DNA of 64,000 nucleotides from an uncultured Gemmatimonadales bacterium (GTDB taxonomy: Bacteria; Gemmatimonadota; Gemmatimonadetes; Gemmatimonadales; Gemmatimonadaceae), in NCBI GenBank assembly GCA_963850905.1, contig CAWKMU010000003.1, forward strand, positions 3,200,001 to 3,264,000, given 5' to 3'. The notes under the pieces were generated by a model, which saw only the letters and a list, made by a program, of their open reading frames with translations, made no database searches and was not told the origin of the DNA. Made by a program: the position numbers and the translations under genes. This document shows positions 19,658 to 31,533 of the stretch, piece after piece. How positions within the stretch are numbered: the first letter of the stretch is position 1; the number at the start of each line of letters is the position of its first letter.

Positions 19658-20999
19658 AGGCACGAGAGCAACGGAGTCCGCGGCGTTCCGCCCGGGGGGA
19701 CCAATGGCTGGGGGCACCAAAGCCGCCAAATCGGTCTCGCGCGCGCTGGAGTGGTCGATCTCCTGGCGCTACCTGCGGAGTCGCAAGGGTTCACGCCTGC
19801 TGTCGTTCATCAGCGTGGTCGCCATCGGCGGCGTCATCGTCGGGGTGAGTGCGCTCATCCTGATTATGGGCGTGATGACCGGCCTGCAGAACGACCTTCG
19901 CGACAAGATCCTGGTCGGCAGCCCGGACCTCCGAGTCTTGAACTACGGCGACGACTTGAAGATCGGCGCCTGGCGGGACGTCCTGGCCAAGGTCGACTCC
20001 TTTCCAGGAGTCGTCGCCGCGGCGCCGTTCGTTCTGTCACTCGGCGTGGTAACCGCAGGCCACAACTACGCGGACGCTGCCCAGGTGGCGGGCATCCTGC
20101 CACAGGGGCCACACGTCCCGCAGGTCACGACCATCCGCGAGCACATCCTGAAGGGACAGGGTGACTTCCGGTTCGCGAGCTCGGATGGTCACACGCGTGG
20201 CGTCGTCCTGGGGAAGCTGCTCGCCGACCGCCTGGGCGTGCAGCCTGGGGATACCATCCACATGCTGGCGCCGCCCCCTGACAACAAGATCATGACCTCC
20301 GTCGGCACGTTCATTAAGCCGCGGTACTTCCAGTTCGAGGTCACGGGGCTGTTCGAGACCGGCATGTACGAGTATGACAACTCGTATATCTACATGCCCT
20401 TGGACGTCGCACAGGACTTCGCGAATCTTGGATCGGCCGTTACCGGCATCGAGGTGCGGACCACGAATCGTTGGAAGGCGAACGAAGTCGCCCTGGCACT
20501 CGAGAGCGCCCTGGGCTTCCCCTACCGCACACAGTCCTGGCAGGAGCAGAACAGCTCACTTTTCCGCGCCCTCAAGCTCGAGAAGTTCGCGATGGGCTTC
20601 ATCGTGGCGCTCATCGTGCTCGTCGCGGCGTTCAACATCGTGAGCACGCTCACCATGGTGGTCACCGACAAAACCCGCGAGATCGGGATCCTCAAGGCCA
20701 TGGGGATGCCCGCGCGGTCGATCCGCCGCATCTTCTTGACTCAGGGCGTGGTGATCGGCGCGGTTGGGACTGCGATCGGTGTCACGATCGGACTGGTCAC
20801 TGGTGTGTTGCTCGACCGCTACAAGCTCATCACCCTCGATGAGAAGGTGTACTTCATCGACCACATGCCGGTGACCATTCAGGCCACCGACGTCGCCATC
20901 ACGATCCTCGCCAGTCTCTTGATCGCGACCATTGCGACGCTCTACCCCTCGATTCAGGCCGCGCGACTGTTCCCGATCGACGCCATTCGCCATGACTGA
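19650..20999 (+). CDS. lolE: Lipoprotein-releasing ABC transporter permease LolC/E
   Basis: WRYLRSRKG..FISVVAIGGVIVGVSALI; GMYEYD; VAAFNIVSTLTMVVTDKTREIGILKAMG. Confidence 0.92.
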   Translation: MAEGTRATESAAFRPGGPMAGGTKAAKSVSRALEWSISWRYLRSRKGSRLLSFISVVAIGGVIVGVSALILIMGVMTGLQNDLRDKILVGSPDLRVLNYGDDLKIGAWRDVLAKVDSFPGVVAAAPFVLSLGVVTAGHNYADAAQVAGILPQGPHVPQVTTIREHILKGQGDFRFASSDGHTRGVVLGKLLADRLGVQPGDTIHMLAPPPDNKIMTSVGTFIKPRYFQFEVTGLFETGMYEYDNSYIYMPLDVAQDFANLGSAVTGIEVRTTNRWKANEVALALESALGFPYRTQSWQEQNSSLFRALKLEKFAMGFIVALIVLVAAFNIVSTLTMVVTDKTREIGILKAMGMPARSIRRIFLTQGVVIGAVGTAIGVTIGLVTGVLLDRYKLITLDEKVYFIDHMPVTIQATDVAITILASLLIATIATLYPSIQAARLFPIDAIRHD

Positions 21000-21759
21000 C
21001 CCCGTCGGCAAGGGCCCCGCCGGCCAACCGGCTTCGCAACCGACCAGTGTGGGCAACCCGCTGTCGGTTCTGGAGGCGCACGACCTGTGGAAGTCCTTCC
21101 GGGGTGGGGATGGCGCTCTCCTGTCGGTCCTTTCCGGCGTGAACCTCACCGTCGCGCCGGGCGAGATGGTGGCGATCGTCGGGGCGAGTGGGGCCGGAAA
21201 AAGCACATTGTTACATGTGATGGGAGCCCTCGACCGGCCGACCAGGGGCTACGTCGTCATCGCCGGCACGCCCGTCGCAACGCTCCCAGACGATGAGCTC
21301 GCCCGTATCCGGAACCGCTCAGTTGGCTTCGTCTTTCAGTTCCATCACCTACTCCGGGAGTTCTCAGCCCTCGAGAACGTGATGATGCCGCTCCGGATTG
21401 CCGGGACGAGCATCGCGCGGGCCCGCAGCCGCGCCGAGGAATTGCTGGCGCGCGTCGGGCTGAGCGGCCGCATGCACCATCGGCCAGCCGAGTTGTCGGG
21501 TGGGGAGCAACAACGGACGGCAGTCGCCCGGGCGCTTGCCGTGGACCCGGCTGTATTATTAGCTGATGAGCCGTCAGGCAATCTCGACCATTTGAATGCC
21601 GAGCGGCTTCATGAGTTATTTGTTGAGCTCGTCCGGGACCTCGAGGTAGGGATGGTCGTCGTGACCCACAACCGGTCGCTCGCCACGCGGGCGCACCGTG
21701 TGCTTCTATTGGAGGATGGGCGGCTGGTCCCGACGGATGTGAGTGAGGGGGTAGCCTGA
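20992..21759 (+). CDS. lolD: Lipoprotein-releasing ABC transporter ATPase LolD
   Basis: GASGAGKSTLLH, GFVFQFHHLL, LSGGEQQR, LADEPSGNLD; follows lolC/E. Confidence 0.93.
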   Translation: MTDPVGKGPAGQPASQPTSVGNPLSVLEAHDLWKSFRGGDGALLSVLSGVNLTVAPGEMVAIVGASGAGKSTLLHVMGALDRPTRGYVVIAGTPVATLPDDELARIRNRSVGFVFQFHHLLREFSALENVMMPLRIAGTSIARARSRAEELLARVGLSGRMHHRPAELSGGEQQRTAVARALAVDPAVLLADEPSGNLDHLNAERLHELFVELVRDLEVGMVVVTHNRSLATRAHRVLLLEDGRLVPTDVSEGVA

Positions 21760-22274
21760 TGCTGTGCGACAACTGTAAAGACCGCGACAGCGTCGTGAAG
21801 CTCGTCCAGATGCTCGAGGGGGGGCCCAAAGAGCTCCACCTCTGCGAGAAGTGCGCGGCCGAGAAGGGGGTCGAGACGATGGCGGCCGCCCCCGCGCCCC
21901 AACTGGCCGAGCTCCTCCAAAAGCTTCAGCAGCAGCCGCTACTGGGTGTATCAGGCCCGGGCGGAACGACAGCCCCGAGCCCCGATGCCGCGCGGTGCAC
22001 CTTCTGCCAGGCAAGCCTGGCCGACTTCCGCGCGACGGGACGGCTGGGCTGCGCACACTGCTACGGCGCCTTTGAGGGGAGCCTGCGCAGTCTGTTGCGC
22101 CGGGTCCACGGGAGCGCGCGCCATACGGGCCGCCGGTACGTGCCCCCGCGTCCCGACGCCATGCAGCGCGCCGTGACCCTGGGGGAGCTACGCGACAGGC
22201 TCAAGCGCGCCATTGAGAGTGAACAATTCGAGCTGGCCGCGGACATCCGCGACCGGATTCGAGTGCTGGAGTAG
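21759..22274 (+). CDS. mcsA: McsA (UVR-domain, CxxC zinc protein; McsB activator)
   Basis: MLCDNC..HLCEKCA..CTFC..GRLGCAHCY..VHG..H.GR; C-terminal UVR (AIESEQFELAADIRDRI). Confidence 0.93.
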   Translation: MLCDNCKDRDSVVKLVQMLEGGPKELHLCEKCAAEKGVETMAAAPAPQLAELLQKLQQQPLLGVSGPGGTTAPSPDAARCTFCQASLADFRATGRLGCAHCYGAFEGSLRSLLRRVHGSARHTGRRYVPPRPDAMQRAVTLGELRDRLKRAIESEQFELAADIRDRIRVLE

Positions 22275-22282
22275 CGACGACA

Positions 22283-23368
22283 ATGGGCCTGGATCTGACT
22301 CTCCTGCCGGATGGAGGCGTGAGCTGGCTCGACGCCTCGGGCGACCACGCCGACATCGTGCTCTCGACGCGGATCCGGCTCGCGCGGAATGTCGAGGGCT
22401 TTGCCTTCACCGGACGCGCCCGGGATGGGGAGCGGTTGCGGGTGCTGGCGCAGGTCCGCGACGCCGCTGCCGAAGTCGCGAGTCTGAGTCACAGCGTGCT
22501 GCTTCGCGTCGATGAGCTGCCCGCCTCTGACCGGTTGCTGTTGCATGAGCGCCACCTGGTGAGCAAGGAGCTCGCGGGTCTGGACACCCAGCACCCGGTG
22601 CGCAGCGGGGCCGCGGTGTTTCTTGGGCCAGACGTAGGCGTCATGGTAAATGAAGAGGATCACCTGCGGTTGCAGGCGCTCCGGTCGGGGTTCGGTTTGC
22701 CAGCGGCATTTGCGGCGGTACACCAGCTCGACGCGGAGCTCGGATCGCGAGTGCCGTACGCGTTTCACGAGGAGTTTGGATTCTTGACCGCGTGTCCGAC
22801 CAACGTCGGCACGGGGATGCGTGCGTCGGTGCTGATTCATCTCCCCGGGCTGGTCCTGACGAAGGAGATGAGCAAGGTGCTCGCGAGCCTGCAGCAAATG
22901 GGGTTGACCTACCGTGGGCTGTACGGCGAAGGGAGCGATGTGGTCGGGAATTTCTTCCAGATCTCGAACCAAACGACGCTGGGCAAGAGCGAGGACGAGT
23001 TACTCGAGCAGTTGGTGCGCGTCGTCAAAACAGTGATCGATCGAGAAGAAGACGCGCGGCGTCTTTTGCTGCGCGATGCCGGCTATATTATTGAGGACAA
23101 GGTGTGGCGAGCGTACGGCACTCTGAGATACGCACGGAGCCTCACGTTCGAAGAGGCGATGAATTTTCTGAGCGGCGTACGTCTGGCCGTGGGATTGAAA
23201 CTGATCTCCGGTCTCAGTGTATATACTCTCAACAAGCTCCTGATTTTCAGCCAGTTGGCGCACCTCTCGCACTCGGAAGGGCGGGCGCTGACGGAGAGCG
23301 AGGCGAACGTGACGCGCGCACGCTACGTGCGGCACACGCTTGCCACCGAAGCAACGACGCGCGATTGA
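22283..23368 (+). CDS. mcsB: Protein arginine kinase McsB
   Basis: IVLSTRIRLARN, MVNEEDHLR, GFLTACPTNVGTGMRASV, RGLYGEGS, QISNQTTLG; located between mcsA and clpC. Confidence 0.95.
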   Translation: MGLDLTLLPDGGVSWLDASGDHADIVLSTRIRLARNVEGFAFTGRARDGERLRVLAQVRDAAAEVASLSHSVLLRVDELPASDRLLLHERHLVSKELAGLDTQHPVRSGAAVFLGPDVGVMVNEEDHLRLQALRSGFGLPAAFAAVHQLDAELGSRVPYAFHEEFGFLTACPTNVGTGMRASVLIHLPGLVLTKEMSKVLASLQQMGLTYRGLYGEGSDVVGNFFQISNQTTLGKSEDELLEQLVRVVKTVIDREEDARRLLLRDAGYIIEDKVWRAYGTLRYARSLTFEEAMNFLSGVRLAVGLKLISGLSVYTLNKLLIFSQLAHLSHSEGRALTESEANVTRARYVRHTLATEATTRD

Positions 23369-23435
23369 TGGACCGAAGTGTGGCCGAGCCTCTGGTGTGC
23401 TCGGCACGTCGCGCGAGTGAGAGGGTCACGGCGTC

Positions 23436-25940
23436 ATGAACGGGTACAACTTCACGGAGCGCGTACGGAAGGTGCTCGCGATGGCGCGGGAGGAAGCCGC
23501 CCGGCTCCATCACGAGTACGTCGGGACCGAGCACATTCTGCTCGGCCTCATTCGCGAGGGCGAGGGCGTCGCTGCGGCGGTGCTCCAGAACATGAGCGTC
23601 GACCTCGACGAAGTGCAGCAGAAGATCGAGGACACCGTCAAGAAGGGCAAAGCCGCAGCAGACGACGGGTCCTGATCTTCCCTATACCTCGCGCGCCAAA
23701 AAGGTGCTCGAGCTGGCGATGAGTGAGGCCCGGGAGCTGAATCACAGCTACGTCGGGACCGAACACCTGCTCCTCGGATTGCTTCGCGAGGAGAAGGGGA
23801 TCGCGGCCCAGGTGTTGACCGACGCGGGCGTCAATCTCGAAGCCGCTCGCACGGAGACCCTCCGATTGTTGGGCACCGAGATGCCGCAAGGTGGCGGCGC
23901 GACGGCCCAGCAGAGCGGTGGACCCGCGGCGCCCGCATCGCCTCCGGCCAAGGGCGAGAAGAAGTCCAAGACGCCCGCGCTCGACCACTTCTGCCGCGAT
24001 CTGACGCAGCTCGCGGCCGAAGGCCAGCTCGACCCCACGATCGGTCGCGCCAAGGAAATCGAGCGCGTGATGGAAGTGCTGACCCGGCGGAAGAAGAACA
24101 ACCCGGTCCTCATCGGCGAACCCGGCGTCGGCAAGACGGCCATCGTCGAGGGACTTGCGCAGCTGATCGCGAACGGGGAGTGCCCCGAGTCGCTGCGCGA
24201 CCACCGCGTGCTGTCGCTCGACATGGCGGCGGTGATCGCGGGGACCAAGTACCGCGGTCAGTTCGAGGAGCGCCTCAAGGCGGTCATGAACGAGATCGCC
24301 CAAAACAAGAACATCATCCTCTTCATCGACGAGCTGCACACGTTGGTCGGCGCCGGCGCGGCCGAAGGCGCGATCGACGCCAGCAACATGCTCAAGCCCG
24401 CGCTCGCGCGCGGTGAGCTCCAGTGTGTCGGCGCGTCCACGTTGAACGAGTATCGGAAATACATCGAGAAGGACGGCGCCCTCGAGCGTCGCTTCCAGAC
24501 TGTCATTGTCGATCCGCCGACCGTTGAAGAGACAGTCGAGATCCTGAAGGGCCTGCGCAAGAAGTACGAGGATCACCACCGGGTGACCATTCCGGACACG
24601 ACGCTCATCACGGCGTCCAAGCTCTCGGAACGCTATATCACCGACCGCTTCCTGCCCGACAAGGCCATCGACGTCATCGACGAGGCGGGCGCGCGGGCGC
24701 GGTTGGCGGCACAGGCACCGCCGCCCGAGGTCGCGGAGCTCAAGGCTGAGCTCGACGAGAACATCGCGCAGAAGGAGGCGGCCGTCCGCGACCAGAACTT
24801 CGAGCGGGCTGCGGCGCTGCGCGACAAGGAGCGCGAGCTGCAGACGGACATCCGCCGCAAGCAGGAGGAGTGGGAGAAGCGGCGGCAGTCGCACCGGCCC
24901 GTGCTCGGCGAGGAGGAGATCTCCTTCATCGTGAGTCGCTGGACCGGGATTCCCGTGACGCGCCTCCAGGAGGCCGAGACCGCGCGGCTCCTGCGCATGG
25001 AAGAGGAAGCTACACAAGTCGGTCGTGGGGCAGGAGGAAGCCATCAGGGCGCTGGCGCGCTCGATTCGTCGCAGTCGCGCCGGACTCAAGGACCCGCAGC
25101 GGCCGATCGGCACCTTCATCTTCGCCGGCCCCACCGGCGTCGGCAAAACCGAGCTGGCTCGCGCTCTCGCGCGCTTCCTGTTCGCCGACTCGTCGGCGCT
25201 CATCCGCGTCGACATGTCCGAATACATGGAGAAGTTCTCCGTCTCGCGACTGATCGGCGCGCCGCCGGGCTACGTCGGCTACGAGGACTCGGGCACGCTG
25301 ACCAAGGCCGTCCGCCGGAAGCCGTACAGCGTCGTGCTGCTCGACGAGATCGAGAAGGCGCACGCCGACGTGTTCAACATTCTCCTGCAAGTGCTCGACG
25401 AAGGGCACCTGACCGACAACTACGGCCGCGTGATCGACTTCAAGAACACCGTCGTGATCATGACGTCCAACGTCGGCGCGAAGGACATCGCCACGGGGCA
25501 AGCCGCTCGGGTTCGGTGGCGGCGACTCGCGGCAGAGCTTCGAGCGGATGGCGGAGAAGGTGAAGGAAGAGATGCAGCACGTGTTCAACCCGGAGTTCCT
25601 GAACCGGCTGGATGACGTCCTGATCTTCCACCCGCTCAACCAGGAGCACATCAAGGAGATCGTCACGATCCTCCTGCGTGATGTGCAGAAGCGTCTGACC
25701 GATGAGGAGTTGACCCTGCGCCTGACCGACGCCGGCTCGGAGTTCCTCGTGAAGCACGGATACGACGAGAACTACGGAGCTCGACCGCTCAAGCGCGCGA
25801 TCCAGCGGTTCATCGAGGACCCGCTCTCCGAGAAGATTCTCCTCGCCGAGTTCCAGAAAGGTGACGAGATCGAGGTCGACGTCTCAGCCGACGGCACGAA
25901 GCTCGAATTCCGGGTCACCCAGCCAGCCGCGCACTCGTAG
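23436..25940 (+). CDS. clpC: ATP-dependent Clp protease ATPase ClpC (3 apparent single-base insertions)
   Basis: Clp_N repeats ([17 protein letters not shown]), AAA1 [11 protein letters not shown]2 [10 protein letters not shown]-terminal [11 protein letters not shown], spread across ORFs 23436, 23704, 25025 and 25548. Shifts near 23660, 25008 and 25497. Confidence 0.93.
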
Positions 25941-25945
25941 AGCGA

Positions 25946-26080
25946 CCAAACGGCGGGATCAGGGTCAGGGGTCAGAGGTCGGGGAACGAACGACGAGGGC
26001 CAGTGACGCGCACACGGTCACTGGCCCTCGCTGTTTGTCGTCAGTCCCAGACACCTGACCCCTGATCCCGAACCGTTTGG
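25946..26080. repeat. Long palindromic element with (GGGTCAG)n/(CTGACCC)n arms and inner stem; probable terminator role after clpC
   Basis: CCAAACGG..GGGATCAGGGTCAGGGGTCAG..CGAGGGCCAGTGAC-loop-GTCACTGGCCCTCG..CTGACCCCTGATCCC..CCGTTTGG. Confidence 0.8.
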
Positions 26081-26156
26081 CTGTCCGCGCACCTGCGCCT
26101 AACTCGCCGAATTTCCTTGGATCTACCACCAGCACGCCCGTGTATATTACCCCGCC

Positions 26157-28604
26157 ATGCGACACCTGTTATACGTCGCGCTCGGCCTGCCATTGCTTGG
26201 GCCGAGCGCGCGTGCCTTTGCCCAAGATACAGCAAACATGCTCGGTCGCTGCACGGCGCCGGACTCCGTCGCCGTCATCGGCAACCGTCGTGTGACCGAT
26301 GCCGACGTCCGAGCCGCGTCAGGGCTCGTCCCTGGTGTACCCGCCAACGCGAAGACCGCGCAGGACGCCGTCAAGAACCTCTTCGAGACGGGGCAGTTTG
26401 ACGATGTCCGGGTGACCTGCACGGTCCCCAAGGGCGGGCAGCACGCCGTTTGGACCGTCACCGTCAGCGAGCGGCCACTGCTGGAAATCACACGCGTCGT
26501 TGGGACTGACAAGCTGAGTCAGAAGACCGTGCGAGGACCTGATCGATGTGACGCCCGGCCGTCCACTCCAGGCCGGGGACGTCACCCGCGCAGTCACGCG
26601 GATCGACTCCGCCTACCAGAACGCCGGGTACTACCTCGCCAAGGTGACCGTCGATTCGTCGACCGCCGACGGACGAACGACGCTGATCATTTCACGTCAG
26701 CGAAGGCCATCGCTTCGCGATCTCCGGCATGCGGTTTCACGGCAACCACGTGCTGTCCAATGCGGACATCGTACGCGCGATGAGCACGAAGCCGGAGGCA
26801 TTCCCGTGGTGGCGAAAGGGTGAGTTCGACGAGGACAAGTTCGCCGCCGATCTGGCCGAGCGCCTCCCCGATCTCTATGCCCGGCTTGGCTACGTCGATT
26901 TCCAGGTAGTCAAGGACACGATGGTCGTCGATCGTGCGCGCGGCAAGGCGCTGCTCGACATCACGATGTCCGAGGGCAAGCAGTACCGCGTCGGCACCTT
27001 CGATGTCATCGGCAATCGGCACTTCTCTACCGAAGAGATCAACCGATTCTATCCCTTCGGTCCCAACCCGGCGACGCTCACCGAGCGCGCCGACCGATGT
27101 GTTGCTGGCCCGCAAACGGGCGCCTCAGGGCATCTTCGACCGGCAGAAGTGGGACGACGCGACGACCAAGCTCCGCACCGCGTACAACAACGACGGCTAC
27201 ATCTACGCGTCCGTCCGCCCCGTGACCGAGCGTGTCGTCGGGCCCAGACTCGCAGCCGCGGGTCAACCTGCGGTGGAAGATCGAAGAGCGAAATCCCGCC
27301 ACCGTCAATCGCATCGAGATCACCGGCAACGACTACACGACCGAGGGGTGCATCCGCGAACGCGCTCGTCATCATCCCGGGCGACGTGTTCTCGCAGGAT
27401 CGCCTGATCCGCAGCTACCAGAACCTCGGCAACCTCGGGCTACTTCGACACCCCGATTCCGCCGCCCGATACGCGACCCACCAGCGACTCCGGTGGCGAC
27501 GTCGACCTCATCTTCCACGTCAAGGAGAAGCACACCGGCAACATCAACTTCGGCGCGTCGACGGGTCAGGGCACAGGCATCGGCGGGTTCATCGGGTTCG
27601 ACCAGCCCAATCTGTTCGGCGAGTGCAAGAAGGGATCGATTCAGTGGCAGTATCGGCCGCTACATCAACAACCTGCAGATCTCCTACACCGACCCGACAA
27701 TCCAGCAGTCGTTCGTCTCCGGAACGGTCACCGCCTACAACTCGCAGTCGCGCTATATCATCGGCGACCTGGGACAGAGCACCAATCTCGGCGGATCCGT
27801 GCAGTTGGGCTGGCCAATCGGCCGGTCGCTCTACACACGACTCTTCACGTCCTACACACTGGAGTCGGTCCGCTACAGCGGCGATACGACGACACTACTG
27901 GGTAGCGTCGCGAATACCTGCCACGGATGCATCCGCTCGGCGATCAGCGTCTCCATGCAGCGGGACACGCGAGTGGGGATGCCGTTCCCGGTCGGAGGCA
28001 CCCTGGAAACGATCACCGCCGACCTGAACGGCGGGCCTACTCGGCGGCGCCGCTCACTATCAGCGGTTGATCGGCGAAGTCCGCGGGTATGCGACGATCG
28101 CCACCTTCGGCGCGACGGGCCTTGGCTCAGAGCCGGTCGCCCTGGTGCTCGGGTTCAAGGGTCGCGCGGGCACCGTCTTCGGCAATACTGGCCCGTTCTT
28201 CTATACACAGGCGTTTGCCATGGGTGGGGTCCAGTTCGGGGAGCAGCTGCGGGGCTACCCCGAGTTCTCGATCGGACCCAACGGATACATCGCGCGGAAC
28301 GGGTACTTTCAACGCCACCCGGGCCTCGTTCGGCAACACCTTTATGGTCACGACCACTGAGTTGGGGCTCCGGTTGAATAGCTCGATCTACACAGACCTA
28401 TTTTTCGATGCCGGCAATGTGTACGCGTCACCGTCCGAGTTCGACCCGGGACGGCTGTTCCGCGGCGCCGGCGTCGGGGTAGCAATTGTAACCCCGCTCG
28501 GACCGCTCGGGCTTGACCTCGGCTACGGCTTCGACAAGGTCAACACCCTCGGGCAGCCCGACCCAGGTTGGCAGGTGCACTTCAAGCTCGGCAATATTTT
28601 CTAG
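26157..28604 (+). CDS. bamA: Outer membrane protein assembly factor BamA (multiple apparent frameshifts)
   Basis: Signal peptide, POTRA fragments (LFETGQFDDV, YQNAGYY, YARLGYVD, NRIEITGNDYT), the barrel loop LRGY, and C-terminal GVAIVTPLGPLGLDLGYG..QVHFKLGNIF. Read across many frames. Confidence 0.9.
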
Positions 28605-28722
28605 CGCTGGATCACTCCTTTTGTAGCACATTCGTTCGGCCGGTCGACCCTGAGCGCGAGTACGAGCGAGTCGCGCGCACGGGGCCCGCATCGCGCACAA
28701 TCCTCTTTGCCCTGGAGTCAGA

Positions 28723-29400
28723 ATGACAATTGCCCGTTCACTAGCCGGGAGCGCGCTGTTCGCGGTAGCGCTGATCGCCGGTGCACCCTTGCACGACTTC
28801 GGTTTCGGTGCTCCGATCGCATTCGCCCAAACCGCGCCCAGCGGCGCCCCGAAGTTCGCGTATGTCCGGGGACAGGACATCCTTGCGCAGACGCCCGGAC
28901 GACCCGAGCTCGAGGCCCAGTTCAACAAGGAAGTCGACTCCGCCAAGGCGCTCGAGAAAGTCTGGGGCGACTCGATGAACGCGCTGGTCTCCGATTACGC
29001 GAAGAGCGAAGCGTCGCTGTCGGCTGACCAGAAGACCGCTCGGCAAGCGGCGCTGCGGGAGAAGCAGGCTTCGTACCAGCAGCGGACACAGCAGCTCGAG
29101 CAGAAGGTCCAGGCCGACAATCAGCGGCTCGTCGCGCCCGTCCTCCAGCGCGTGAACCAGATCATCGACCAGATGCGCACCGAGGGTGGCTACACGATCA
29201 TCTTCGACGTGCAGGACCAGGGAAGCGGGATCGTCTCGGCGGACAAGAACTTGGACATCACTGACCAGGTGGTAACGCGACTCAAGGCGATGGGACCGGT
29301 CGCCGCGCCGGCCGCTGGCACAACGCCAGCAGGCACGACCCCGCGGACTGGACCGACTGCGGCGCCATCTGGCCTATCGCGGCAAAAGAATCCTCAGTGA
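28723..29400 (+). CDS. skp: Skp/OmpH periplasmic chaperone
   Basis: Signal peptide, KFAYV, coiled coil, GYTIIFD..DITDQV; follows bamA. Confidence 0.9.
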   Translation: MTIARSLAGSALFAVALIAGAPLHDFGFGAPIAFAQTAPSGAPKFAYVRGQDILAQTPGRPELEAQFNKEVDSAKALEKVWGDSMNALVSDYAKSEASLSADQKTARQAALREKQASYQQRTQQLEQKVQADNQRLVAPVLQRVNQIIDQMRTEGGYTIIFDVQDQGSGIVSADKNLDITDQVVTRLKAMGPVAAPAAGTTPAGTTPRTGPTAAPSGLSRQKNPQ

Positions 29401-30592
29401 ACGGACTGAAAGTGCGGGTTTGGGGTTTGGGGTTTGGGGTCGCGGGCGCTAGCGCGCCCGCGATCCTAGACCCCGAACCCCAAACCCGCAGTTAGGGAGT
29501 CCGACATTCTGACCGCGGGCGAAGTCGCCGCCATCAGCCACGGTCGACTGGTTGGTGCGCCCAGCACGCCCGTGCACGCCGTCGCACCGCTCGATCGGGC
29601 CGGAGCAGGGGACATTTGCTTCTTCGATACGCGACGCTACGCACCGCTCTTCGCAGCATCTCGCGCGAGCGTCGCCTTGGTGCCACCGGCACTCGCCGAT
29701 GTGCCCGGCCCCGCGGTGCGAGTTGTCGTTGCGAATCCGCGCGATGCGCTCCTGGCCTTGCTGCCGCGACTCTATGAGCCGCCAGCCCGCGTGCCGGGCA
29801 TCCATCCGACGGCCCACATCGGGCGGGGCGTGCAGCTTCCGAACGACGCCCTGATCGAGCCCTACGCGGTCATCGGCGACGGCGCGCAGATCGGTGCCCG
29901 CGCGTGGATCGGATCACACGTCGTGATCGGGCGAAGGCGTCGACGATTGGGGACGACGTGAGACTGCACCCGTCCGTGACGTTGTACAGCGGGACGTGAG
30001 CTCGGTCATCGCGTGGTGATCCACTCGGGCGCGCGCATCGGCAGCGATGGCTTCGGCTATGTCGTCGCGGGCCGGCGTGCACGCCAAGATCCCCCACGTG
30101 GGGCGCTGCATCATCGGCGACGACGTCGAGATCGGCGCAAACACCACGATCGATCGAGGCAGCGTCGATGACACGACCGTCGGAGCCGGGACGAAGATCG
30201 ACAACCTGGTCCACGTCGGACACAACGTGCGCATCGGCCGGCTGTGCCTCATCATGGCGCAGGTCGGGTATCGCGGGATCGGTCCGTCTGGAAGACGGCT
30301 GCATCCTCGCCGGGCAGGTCGGCGTCGGTGGGCACCGGACCATCGGCGCCGGTGCGATGGTCGGCGGCCAGGCGGGCGTGTTCGGCAATGTGCCGGCGGG
30401 CGAGACATGGTCCGGTTATCCGGCACGTCCCCACGGTGAGGCGATGCGCGCGCAGGCCGCCATCCAGCGGCTCGCGCGCGATCATTCGTGCGCTCGAGCG
30501 CATCGTGGGACGCGAGAGCGACTCGGAGATTCCGACCGCGCACCGCGCCGCCTGCGATCGAGCAATCCACGATTCTCGAGGGCGACGCGTGA
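29397..30592 (+). CDS. lpxD: UDP-3-O-acylglucosamine N-acyltransferase LpxD (frameshifted; start and end approximate)
   Basis: [31 protein letters not shown] hexapeptide repeats, [34 protein letters not shown], across frames. Confidence 0.88.
29413..29490. repeat. Palindrome with (GGGTTTG)n/(CCAAACC)n heptamer arms
   Basis: TGCGGGTTTGGGGTTTGGGGTTTGGGG-TCGCGGGCGC-TAGC-GCGCCCGCGA..CCCCGAACCCCAAACCCGCA. Confidence 0.8.
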
Positions 30593-31533
30593 TCGCCGCT
30601 CAGGCTGGCGCTGCGAGCGCTCGGCGCCAAACGATCGCGCGACCCGTGTCGCTCGAGGGAATCGGCCTGCACCTCGGCGTACCCGCCCGGCTCACCTTCC
30701 GCCCCGCGCCGGATGGAACGGGCGTGGTGTTCCGGCGCACCGATCTCCCGGGCCATCCCGCTATCCCGGCCCAGGTGGATCGTGCCGTGCTCACGGAGCG
30801 GCGAACGCAGCTGGCTGGATCGGAGGCCGGGGCCGAGCTCCACACCGTGGAGCACGTGCTCGCTGCGGTCTGTGCCGCCGACATCGATGACCTCTGGATC
30901 GATGTCGATGGGCCGGAGCCACCCATTCTGGATGGAAGCGCGGCGCCGTTCTTCGAGGCGCTTGCGCGGAGCCGGACTGGCGGCCGGGCAGCGGCCTGCT
31001 GAGTATTTGGAGCTTCGAGATCCCGTGCGCGTCATCGACGGCGCGTCGGTGTACGAGGCGTTCCCGGCGACTGACCTTCACCCTCGACGTCACGATCGAC
31101 TTTCCGCACCCGATGATCGGGCGCCAGCACGGGACCTACGTCGTCACGCCCGAGCGATTCGGCGGAGAGCTTGCGCGGCGCCCGAACGTTCGGGTTTCTG
31201 CACGAGCAGGAAATGCTGCGTGCCAAAGGGCTGATCCGCGGTGCATCCACGGCCAACGCGGTGGTGCTGACGGATGTGGGATTGCTCGAAGGCGCGTTGC
31301 GGTGGCCGGACGAGTTCGTTCGGCACAAGGCAATGGACTGCGTCGGCGACCTCGCGCTGGCGGGCCGGCGCCTCCGCGCGCGGGTCTCTGCGATCCGGCC
31401 CAGCCATCGCGGGACCGTGACCCTCGTTCGCGGAGATGGTCAGGGCCGCCGTGCGGGCAGCCGAGGACGGCGCCCGCCGCGACGACTCGCGAGAAGGACG
31501 GTACTCGACGCGATCTTGCCCATGGACCGGTAG
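30589..31533 (+). CDS. lpxC: UDP-3-O-acyl-GlcNAc deacetylase LpxC (frameshifted; 3' end uncertain, possibly fused to fabZ)
   Basis: [65 protein letters not shown]. Confidence 0.9.

Noticed and set aside
23638..25227. Long antisense ORFs (e.g. opposite clpC, bshC, murJ)
   Set aside because: Typical high-GC antisense shadows of real genes, with no recognisable motifs.
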